Assembly: GCA_002633005.1 (NCBI GenBank)
Contig: NMRA01000242.1
Location: 546,930 to 610,929 of the forward strand
Length of the DNA: 64,000 nucleotides
Reading direction: 5' to 3'
From: Phoronis australis
Lineage: Eukaryota; Animalia; Phoronida
Notes under the pieces: generated by a model
What the model was told of the DNA's origin: nothing
What the model saw: only the letters and a program-made list of their open reading frames with translations
Databases searched by the model: none
Translations under genes and position numbers: made by a program
Shown here: one piece after another, positions 12,051-22,699 of the stretch
Layout of the letters: every line of letters begins with the position of its first letter
How positions within the stretch are numbered: position 1 is the first letter of the stretch

Positions 12051-13769
12051 TTGAGTGCCTTGGTTGGCTAAATATTACGCGGAAGAGCTTGAATGTCGTG
12101 GTTGGTTAAATATTACGAGAACTTTTTTGAGTGTCCTGTAAGTTCATGTTCATTCGATACAAAGTTCGTCTTTTTCCGTGTGACGTTATCATGTACATTA
12201 TTACTACATAAAGTAATATTAAGCTTTTACTCCGTATTTGGCTGATGATAAAAATTTTGAATAAATTGAAATACTTAGGCTATCTCGTCAAGCTCCGACA
12301 TTATGTGAATAGGTACTGAAATCTTGGCAATCGTGCCTATCGCATCTCCCGTTCAATGTACTCAAAATATGTCTTAAATCGTTAAGTTTGCACTTTTCGA
12401 ACAAAGAATTAATTTCTATACCACTGCAATGACAGTCTTGCGGTACAATGATCTACATGTAGGCTACAATAAATATATGTTAAACTACAGGTGTTTTTAT
12501 ATGGGTGTGTTATTGGCGGAGGTTGATGCGCCGTGTGAGTATTTTGACGAGGTTGAAAACCACATACTCTTAGATCTAACCCCAATTTCTCTGAGCCTTA
12601 ATTTATTCCTCTTTGGCCAATACGCATAGAAACACAACGACACTGCAAAGCTAGCTTGCATTTTGATGGAGTGGCAGGTGAGCGGACAATAACTGAGATT
12701 GTATTCTAAACACCTGTTTCACTGGCTTTTGTGAATTTTATGGATTTTTATTTATTGTCACCAATTTTCAGTTTATCTCCGTTTCACTCAGTAGTGACTG
12801 TCATTCGTAATAACGCTGTAGTTAATTCGACCTAGTACTTTGATGCGTTCTTGGTTTCGGCTTTGGTCCCGAGTTTATTTATCAATGATATAACTTATAA
12901 ATAAAATGTTTTAATTGACTTTAATTGGATATTACTACTGTTGTTTTTAATACAACAAAATAGTTAAACAGAACGTTTGTGTAGTTGCCACAGCAGTTCA
13001 CAATGACCAGTTTCACCGGCTTTGTTTACAAGCTGTAGTGAACGGACGAGTTTGAGGAAGGAATGACAATGATGGTCAAGAGGCAAAAAACGTTCGTTCA
13101 TTGTGAGGAGAATTTGTGATTTTAATTACCAAATGGTCTCCAGTGTATTGCATTTGCTTAGTTTATTGAATGTATAGTAAATGTAAATGCACGTAATTTG
13201 TTCATCTTAAACCATGTTTGATCTCCTTGAAACTTTAGAATTTCAGCCGTAGAAAGTACTTCTGTCTTGAGTCACATAACGATGGGTATTTTTACGGTCA
13301 CGTGACCGTATGAAAACTCTTACTGCACGGACACGTGGCAAGGTTATTTGACTGCACGGCCGTATATCGGTACGTATGTTGTATATAGGGAATCCTACAC
13401 GAGTCTCAGGTTTATAGCGTGCGTAAAACCACTTGGAAATTTCGTCTCACATGAACCGTAAAAACGATCTTTTTTGCCGAAAAACTCAATTCTAAAATTT
13501 CAACCACATGACGCAACTTTTGTAAAGACACGCTTGCGCAATGTAAAGTAATGCAGTTGTTTTTGTCAAAAGTTTTATTTTAAGCAAAGCAATTGAAAAT
13601 TGAATTCAACTTTCATAGCAGATATTCAAGTTAGAATCTAATCGTCTTTGAAGTTGTTATATTAAAATTTAAAAAAATATATAAATAACAGTCAGCAAGG
13701 CTTCCCAGCGTGTGAGTACTGAATTGACCTTGAAACAGCACAGCTACACAGTCTCGCTGCGTTTCTTAA

Positions 13770-15196
13770 AGGCGCAGGCAACACTTTTCATGTCATTTTT
13801 AGCAAAAATAAGGTGCGTTGATGATCTCAGACATATTTTTCACTTAATCACAGCTTTTCGTAATTAATTACTCGTCCTCTACTCCGGATGCAACGTTTTG
13901 GGAGGAAGAATTACGCGCCAATTTCTTTTCATATAGTATGACTGTGAGAGCTGTCGAGTCAGTCATCGCTCTACCTCGGTTGTGGCAAGTTCGTTCGTCA
14001 CTTGCTTTTGTTTACGAGTCAGTCAACATGTCACACTGTGTACCAGGATGTACTCATTATCATCTCAAGCGCGCTTTGAAAGTACCTTTGCATCGCTTTC
14101 TGAACGATGACACACTTCGACGTATTTGGCTCGTTCGTGTGAAGAACGCAGCGTTACCCGTCCACGCAAAGTTCAAAGCAGTGAAAAGTTCCCGAGTATG
14201 TGGCAAGTATTTTGTGCCGTGAGATTACGGGAGAGATATGCACGCTTAATTGATGATGGTCCCTTCGACGCCTGAAGAAGGGTGCCATACCGTCGCTGTT
14301 GATTTCCGGCAGTGCCCCGTCGCCATCCCCTAGAAGTGCGTTTTTGAAGCGAGAAGCCTCGCGAGCTGTGGCCACTACAGTGACTGGATGCAAAGCTTCA
14401 TCTACTATCAGCCGTGCCTCCGAACGTACCTCCAGAGCGTGCAATTACGGAACAAGCAGTGATTCGCCCTGTGCTGTTGTCTCTAGCCCAGAGCCTGTAA
14501 GCAGCCCTGCAGCTTCGACACCCAGTGAAGAGGACAGTTCGTCGTCCAGTGAACTGATCGGCGAGCCAAACTTTGATAAGTTTATTGTGGACTTGTCTAA
14601 AGTATTGGAGCTATTTCTACGGTGCCAGGTGTGTGACAACGGAGTCACAACGGCAGGATGTAAGCAGTCTGGGTGCTCAGGTCACCATCCAGTGGGAGTG
14701 TGTCGCGGGACACTCGGGCAAGTTCTGCCTGTGCGTACTCTGCCTCATTATACTCGGGCTCAAACATATACCCACCCACTGTCCGTGAAAAAATTCCTCG
14801 TCACCACTGCTATGACCAATGTCTCACCACTGTCACTGTGGTATGGGTTGAAGACTCCAGCCACTATCAGGTTACTACAAACTAAGCAATCCCTAAATCC
14901 AACGTAATTTGAGTTCTCTAACAACCTAGCTTGTCGTAGAATACTCGTCGATGGGAAGTGGTGACGACAATTTTAGAAAAACAGCACGAAAACAAAAGTA
15001 GTACAGACTCTCACAGTAAACTCAAAGCAGAACCAAACTGGTGCGAAATTCTTGCCTCCCAAAATGTCACTTCCGGAGTAGAGAACGAGTAATTAATTAA
15101 ATTACGAAAAGCTGTAATTAATTGAAAAACTGGTCTGGTAAAGTCAACGAACCTTACTTTTGCTAAAAATGACATGAAAAATGGTTGCCTTCACTT
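13770..15196 (+). mobile_element. Kolobok-type DNA transposon (family 1, copy B) with a larger internal deletion
   Basis: Same TIRs as 327-2011, TTAA at 13766-13769 and 15197-15200. THAP remnant MSHCVPGC..HRFL..IW..RVCGKYF..RLKKGAIPSL. Lacks the segment equivalent to about 1330-1520. Confidence 0.87.
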
Positions 15197-15474
15197 TTAA
15201 GTAGGGCTCGTCTCCGTTTGAGTTAACGTGGATATGGAGTTCCCAGCCGAAGATGGATCCGTTTAAGAAGTTGTTTGCATGTCCTATCGACTGGGAGTAC
15301 GTGCTGTTGCGATACCCGATTTGTCAATCATAACCTTGTCACCTTTTCGGAATCCCGACATTGTTTGGTTGGCGTGCATCTGGCTGTTAAAGTGTTTTGC
15401 AGACGATAAAATGTAAGGCGTATGGCTTTCTACTTTGGGATTCGACCATGTAATATCAAAAAAATTACTCGGTG

Positions 15475-15722
15475 TTATACCACAATATTAGCGTCAAATG
15501 GCAAATACAACCGTGCAATAACCCATTTAGTTATCTCACTAGTGAGATAACTAGTGAGATAACTAGTGAGATAACATTTTGGCGGGAAACCGAGGCCGGT
15601 TTCGAACACGGGCCTCAAAGTTTCGTGTCGCCGACTTTACCACTACACCGCTCAGCGGCTGACGTCATCGAACGTGAAAATAGAATACTTAAACGAGCAC
15701 GCGCAACAATCACATGTTCGCC
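15475..15722. mobile_element. 5' part of palindrome-terminated element family P1, with an internal tRNA-like segment on the minus strand
   Basis: Starts TTATACCACAATATTAGCG as at 48009 and 63532; tandem ACTAGTGAGATA units. Reverse complement of 15593-15650 has A-box-like TGTAGTGG and B-box GTTCGAAAC. Confidence 0.6.
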
Positions 15723-15744
15723 TTAAATCAGCTACAATGGTTGT

Positions 15745-17913
15745 TGTCATAAAATCCGTGATATACTCATGATGTATTTTACTTAGTATGTTGGTTTGAC
15801 AGTATTATTGATGCTATTGATATTATTACTGTACTAACAGATTGTTTATGTTGTTAGTAACTTGTTTTGTCCTTCATCTGAGCCAGTGTCCCAGTCTGTG
15901 CATTCACACATTTTGATGAACTAGATTATGTAATTGTCATTCACAAAATCTTTGCCTCAAGACAGCTGACCATTATCAAATATGACAACACAATAGAGTA
16001 TTTGTTGTGATTGTTGTGAAAGTTCCTAGAGCTTTTACTGTTATTTCCTGTAGAACCTTGCATCATGAAGTTTATTGCATGCAACCCACATTTGTAACTT
16101 GTATATAAACCGTTTACTTGTCTAATAAAGAGAGTCCCCACCTTGCTACTGTCACTTGCTACATGTATTACTACTGTAGTTGAGTGTTCTACACTTAGTT
16201 ACTGAATACAACCATCTCACTGACGGACCGAGACAGTCAACACACAACACAACGTTGCTGCTAAGTACACGTCTACTCCTCGCGTTACAGTACATTTTTG
16301 GTGCCGTGACCTGTGCGAAGATGGACCCGCAACTGGCAAAACAGAAGAAAATACACGGTGCGCATCAAGGACTATTGACCAAGTTCATTGATCGTGCCAC
16401 CCACTTTATGACCAACACCTCATGGGACCCTGTTGCTGACCTACATGTAGAGATGGTTGTACACCAGATAAACGCCAAGCGAAGTCAGCCAGAAACTCTA
16501 GGTGACAGCAATGTCACCCTCATTGATGGCGAGGACGCCATGGAGACCATTTTCCACGCGACAAGGTTTACCGACCAGGCCAACACCACGTCACCAGCTA
16601 GCCACTCGACTCAGTCAGTACAACTCCCCATTTTCTATGGGGACCATCTCTAGTGGATGTCGTTTTCTGACTCCTGTTGTGCTGATGTCGACTCAGATTC
16701 TTGACTAGAAACAGTCCAAAAACTGCAGTATCTACGTGCCCACATTGGCGACGATGCCGCCAATGCCATCGCTGGCTTCTAACTGACAAACACTAGCTGA
16801 GTTACGTAGAAGCCATGGACCTGCTTGATGACAGGTGTGAAAAATTTACTCTATTGATAAATGCCAGTGAACGCTTTGTGGGAAATCAAACCTCCACAAC
16901 CAAATAGTGCCAGCCTATGCCTTTTTCGTGACAGTTTTGAGACCTACATCCGAGGGCTGACGACCCTGTTTTGCTGTGAGCGACATCCTGCGACTAGCGA
17001 AATGTTTTCATACCACGACACACGTACACCCAGCGACCAGGCGACCGCCGCCAAGATGTGCTTTTTGTAAACAAAGTCATGCGCCACACACCTGTGGTGT
17101 CATCAGTGACCATAAGAATCAAGTAAAGATTGTCTGCCAATACTCCATCTCTTACAATTGCTTAGGCACTCACCAGGTCAGGGACTGTCCGTCTATGAAC
17201 ACCTGCCGCTCGTGCCATCGCAAGCACCACACTACATTATGTGCCACATTTTCGGGAGAAAATTCATAGCCCGACAACAAAATGAACCAATATCAACCGC
17301 CGACCCACCAAGTACCACTCCGAATGCCCAAGTTAACCTGACAGCCGCAGCAGAACCAGATTAAAATTATAGCTAGATATCCAGCTTTCTTTGTGGCGAT
17401 GGGAGTGTCATGAAATCCGTGATATATTCATGATATGTTTTACATATAGTATGTTGGATTGATATTACTGATGTTGTCGACATTACTAGCAGATTGTTTA
17501 TGTTTGTAGAAACTTGTTTTGGCTCTCAGCTGAGTCAGTGTCCCATCCAGTGCATCAGCACATGTTTTGACAAATTAGATTATGTAATGGTCATTTACAG
17601 AATCATTGGCTCAAGACAGCTGACCATTACTTAATGTGGCAGCACAACAGAGTGCTTCTTATGATTGTTGTGAAAGTTCCTAGAGTTGTTTACTGTTGTT
17701 TCATGTAGAACCTCGAATCATGAAGTTTAGTGCATTTAATCCACACATTAGTAACTTGTATGTAAACCGTTCACTTGTCTGCTTCTGCTAATGCTATTGT
17801 AATTGAGTTTTCTACACTTAGTTACGGAATGCAACTTCATAGAGGGACCAGACAGTCAACAAACAACAAAACGCTGCTGCTAGGTTCACTTCTACTCCTC
17901 GAGTTACACTACA
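15745..17913 (+). mobile_element. BEL/Pao LTR retrotransposon, gag-only (non-autonomous)
   Basis: LTRs 15745-16294 and 17406-17913 (TGTCA...TACA). PBS TGGTGCCGTGAC (tRNA-His type); imperfect 5-bp TSD GTTGT/GTTTT. gag has LPIFYGD..W..F..QKLQYL and Zn knuckles CAFCKQSH..C and CRSCHRKHHTTLC. No pol. Confidence 0.85.
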
Positions 17914-18989
17914 GTTTTGTTAGTCACTCGCGCACGTACAACTCGTCGGAGTTGGTCCCACAGTTGTTCCATAGGGTTTGGATCACGCACAGGGCGAAAC
18001 GGTTCACGCACAGAGTGAAGAGAAAATAGCAGCGTTAAAATTGGAACTTGTTTAATTTACGTCAGATACCTCACAAAGTAGAGATATACAATACAAGAAG
18101 TTCAATCTGGAAACAAACCAAAAAACACAATAAATATAAGAAATAATTCCTGCATGATACAGTAAATAAACCATGTCCTGAGTTAAAATAATATCCACAA
18201 ACTGTCATGTAAACCTAAAGTACAAGTCATAAACCCAGCGGATGTAAACAGCTAAGTACTGCGCCACACAATGAGCGGACTGAAATGAACATATTGTCAT
18301 GAGAGCCCACCGGCGGAGGAAATCCAAACTACAGCACTAAAAACACATGTCTCTGAAGCGAGAACCTTCACTGTCAAAAATACCCCTATTTTAAACATAA
18401 TGTGGTGAACTCTTCTTACTAGAGCTTAACGGACCCCTTTTAGCTAACTCATAACATGAGAGGGCCGGGCGCTCAACTGCATTTTTACTTCACTTAGTAC
18501 TTTGTAGGCCTACGTCTAATCTCGTTGAGTTGCAGTCTTCAACTAACTGCCAGCTGTAAATACTCAACTAAAAACCACGTGGGTTGCCCATATATCTGAC
18601 TCGAGGCTGTCACCTCCGAGCATAGTGACCCGAAACTTCCGGTGTTGACTACACTCTTCCCCTTTTTCTTTAAAGGTGAGGTACCCACTTAAAAGTCCAA
18701 AAACAAGGAGAGACTTTTAGTGCTCAATTCTAACACGACCAGACAGAATTTCTGTCGCCCATGAGTATTAACAGTATGAATGTACCCAATCCAACCAACT
18801 TAAGTTCGAATCTAATAAAAATTTCTAACAAAAACTTCGTATGGTCACAATTTGACCCACTTCAAATATAGATTAGGTACTAAACTACAAACTAATAAAA
18901 CAAGGCGAGGACTGAACTCCTGTTGCCTATATATACAAAACGGCGAGGAGCAAGCTCCTAGTGCCAACCATTCTACAAGAATGGCAACT

Positions 18990-20104
18990 CCTTAAAGGAG
19001 TCCACGCAGGTGGTTGAAAATAACCAGCAATCTTCAGTGCAGGAGAAGAGCAATGTTGGACACCTCCACTCCTTTCTTGTACCGATTCGCCTCTAAGATG
19101 TCGCAGGCCAACTTGAAGTTCTGTACATGTTGGGCTCTTGATCCGGTGATCACCAGCTGCTCTGGAGCCCAGGGACTGTGCGCCACCAGCTTTAGTACTT
19201 CCTCCCGTTCGACGATGGCAAGGTAATCACGCATCTTATCCAATCGTCCCATTCAAGCCCCGGCTCGGGATAAGGTGGAGGTACCAGTTGTGTGAAACAG
19301 AGGAGGCAAATGCTCCTGGTAGACATGTACTCTCATTTGGCTATACCGCTCCCCACACACAGGACACTTCGGCAACCAACGAGAACCTCCCTGTGACTTT
19401 GGTAACCGGCGTGGTCTAGGCGTCCCACTCTCACTTGAGGGTCCTGGTGTCACGTTTGGCTGGTCTTCTATTCTAAGACGTAGTACGATTTTCTGTGAAG
19501 ATTTGTCTTCAGTCCTCCTAGAGGGCTCTCTGGATCTCCTATTACCTTGGGACTGGGACCCATCTCTCCTGGGTGGGATGCTGGAACCGCCCTCAGACTT
19601 CTTTCGCAGAGGCTCTTTAGGGCAAACATCAGGAGGGGCGCTGGCTCTACCCATCAATCCTTTCCCCGTGGGATCTTTCAACCTCACCTCCACTGCTGCG
19701 AAGTTGACTTTGAGTGGAGACTTTGCGAAGGCCTCCGTCTCGGAACTAGAGGTTTCGTCCAGGACAATGAAGTCCGACAAGGAGTCAGGCTGTTGGGAAT
19801 TCCCACCCAACTCAGACAATGAAGAGTCTAACTCCTGTGAGTTTCCTCCTGTGGCCTCCGACTTCTGGTCGCTCTGTCCCACGTCCCGCAGTGAGGAGTC
19901 CAACTCCTGTGGGTCTTTTCCCACGACCTCTGACTTCTGGGAGCCCTGTTCAGTAGAAGGCGAGCGGGAATATAATGTTACCATTGCTGGCAAAGAGGAG
20001 TCCGACTCCTTAGCACCTTCCTCTGCTGTTATGGACCGCCATGGTGGTGAAGGTGGTAGAGTGACTCGAACGACTTGAGGGACCGCTAGGCCAGCATCCA
20101 CCAT
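18990..20104 (-). pseudogene. Additional ORF downstream of pol in the Gypsy element (disordered repeats, CPxC..HxxxxH finger, LLHWR-like motif)
   Basis: 283-aa ORF plus a continuation past an in-frame stop: WLPKCPVCGERYSQMRVHVYQEHLP..SNIALLLH*RLL, with internal repeats of about 21 aa (SQKSE..QELDSSL). Confidence 0.55.
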
Positions 20105-20336
20105 AAGGGGTCGAACTTATGAAACATCCAACAACTCCCCTTAAGTCCACTCAGGACCCACCAAGGCCACGGAGACCCGTCTTAGCTTTTCCACGTTCTG
20201 GCCTAACCCTCTTCGGGTGGCCTCTCTGTAGAGCTCCAAAAGGAGGAAGCGTCGTGTCCCTCTCTTACCCCTGCCCTCACATCAGCTAAGAGATCAGTAA
20301 CTTGGGTTTGTACACTGTGCTGAAATAAGAAACTGT

Positions 20337-20798
20337 CTATCCACAGTGGGATAGTTTGGAACACGAGGGACAATAATAATCGATGTTCGCAAAATAATCC
20401 ATTCGGTCATCATTCAGATTTACACAGTCGGTGTGGAACCAGTCTTTGCAACCACGACACTCAATCATGCTACTACCATCGTAGGGTCTTCGACATACGC
20501 AGTAGAACTTGGCTTTATCCTTGATTACCTCCCGCAATAATTGAGGATCCTGCATGTGGCTCTCTATCCACCCTGGTAATTGTCTAAACTTACAGGCGGT
20601 AAGCCTATCGTGATTCACCACAGTGATGCAGTTATGAGTTTTAACCTTATATAAATAGTCCGACAGCTTTTCCAAAATGATTGAGGGTCCTTTCCAAGGA
20701 GAAGTCAGCTTTTTGGATACTCCTTTAACAGTGGATGAATCCAAAATTAACACTGGTTGACCGACTGAATAGATTAGCTTATACAATTTTAACATCAT
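20337..20798 (-). pseudogene. Gypsy integrase C-terminus with a fused PHD finger
   Basis: FYCVCRRPYDGSSMIECRGCKDWFHTDCVNL..YYCPSC is a complete Cys4-His-Cys3 PHD, in frame with the GPY/F module. Confidence 0.85.
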
Positions 20799-21784
20799 AC
20801 GCCCGCTTCATGTGTTTCTGGGAAACTTGCAAGGCTTCTCTCGCCGTCTCGTGCTATTTCATTTGCTTCAACCAAACTGGCTTGGTAACTATCAGTTGAT
20901 GTTGTTCCCTCTCTGGGGACTGTATAAACTAACTCTGGTGGCAACACAATTTCACGGACTAACATGAGATAATTAGGACATAAACCAGTATTCCGATTAA
21001 CACGTGATCGTAGGGCACAGGCTATCTGTGGAATGAAGAGGTCCCAATCTGACTGCTGTTTATCCACGCAGCATAGCACTGCATCCATTAAAGTGCGATT
21101 AAATCGCTCACATTATCCGTTAGCACTAGGTCGCTAAGCAGTCGTATTAGATTTATACACTCTTGTTAAAATACATAGTTAGGTAAACAGTTCACTTTCA
21201 AAGTTTGATCCCCCATCTGTAAAGATCTGAAGCGGAAATCCAAAACGGGAGAAGAAATGCTCCACTGCAGCCTGAGAAGTAACCTCCGCTGTCTGAAACC
21301 CAACAAGTATACACTCCACCCACTTCGTGAACTGCTCAACCATGACTAAGATATGTTCCTTCCCGCGTGGAGTCACTGGCAATAGGCCTAACTCAGACCA
21401 CACCTATCACAAGAGCCAATGTACTGCTTAATCGCCGAAGTCATACCTGGCTAATAATACTTAGCTTTCATTCTCTTAGTAGTACGAGCTACACCTTGAT
21501 GTCAAGAGCACGTTATATCATGACTAATAGCAAGTATCTCTTGTCGTAATGAGGAGGGAATAAAGTAAACAAACTTATCGTCTTCTTTTCGCTTAAAGAA
21601 AACACAACCATCCTTAAGCAAAAACCGATCACGGTTAACCCACAACGTTTTTGATTCCTTGCTAGCTAAAAATAATTCCCCTTCATCAGGATATACTCCC
21701 TGCTCTAACCAGGTCATCAACAATGATACATGAGGATCTTTACGCTATTCCAAAGCAATATCTTTTCCAGCAGCTACCAATTCA

Positions 21785-22635
21785 AAACAAAAATTTGCGT
21801 TTCCGATCGCTTATCTACGCGTTCTCGATCGCATCTTTCAGTAGAAAAGTGTCGAAAAATCAGAGACGCTGACAAAACTACGAAAAATAAGCGTTGTGTT
21901 ATATTTTCACAAGTCACTTCTTCATAACTTCATGGTCAATTTATTGATTTAGTGCCAAAAATCACCGCAATTTGCCAAATTGACATACGAATCACCTTTG
22001 ACTCAAGCGATGCCTCGTTCAACGTAACTTATCTCCAATACTTGAAACAGACACCAGCCCAAACCTCTACCTGCCCTTCCTTAATGTGTTACGCCTTGAA
22101 CTCATGTCTCTGTTTTCCCACTGGAAGTAAAAACAACGTAAATTCATTAAATTTACTCACTTTGCCTGGCTTCGCTTCTCGCAACCGGTTTCGTTCTCGA
22201 TCGCTTTCCGGTCGTTCTCGATCGCGGATTGGCCACGGTGGGAATGAAGTAAAATCGCGTGCCAGAGTTTTTTGATACATGGACCAGATTTTTAGTTATT
22301 AGACGGAAAGTGACCAAATGGCAAAAAGTGGCGTGCTTGCCCCAACTCACACTCAAAAAATGCCGCAAAATCAAGATCATAATGATTTTGTACATATATT
22401 TGGTATGGATAAGTAGAATATTGCGTAAGGAAACAGTTGATGATAATCCCTGTGCATTTTGAAAAAAATTGAGGTAAAATTGGATTTTTTGAAAATTAAA
22501 AAATACGATTTAAAGAACGAACTACAATTTTTTTTTGATCTTTGTCACTTTCAGAGTCATGTCTAACTAGTTAAAACTCCCTTTTTACTAATTTTAGTTG
22601 GGAACCTGGAGATTTGACCAGTGTATACACCTACC
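21785..22635. mobile_element. One-ended non-autonomous DNA transposon (Kolobok-like terminus)
   Basis: Ends GTGTATACACCTACC-TTAA and truncates the Gypsy pol. The matching other terminus was not seen. Confidence 0.35.
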
Positions 22636-22699
22636 TTAAGTTTGTTTTTTCATTTTCATCAAGCCTAGGACATGTTACCTCTTCTAAGAAATCACCTAA

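Larger units (their letters stand above)
17918..21780 (-). mobile_element. Gypsy LTR retrotransposon, 3' half (integrase + PHD, extra ORF, PPT, 3' LTR)
   Basis: Integrase core (EQFTKW..FFSRFGFP..IFTDGGSNFES..ERFNRTL) and GPY/F module (KLTSPWKGP). PPT AAAGAAAAAGGGGAAGAG abuts TGTAG. The 3' LTR spans about 17918-18653. Confidence 0.85.

Noticed and set aside
10165-12140. CRISPR-like array
   Set aside because: Tandem degenerate units without unique spacers, in a eukaryotic context with no cas genes.
15593-15650. Functional tRNA gene
   Set aside because: Degenerate, lies inside a multi-copy repeat, is partly deleted in another copy, and has no convincing acceptor stem.
19503-20078. 191-aa plus-strand ORF
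   Set aside because: Antisense shadow of the repetitive Gypsy extra ORF, with no recognisable domain.
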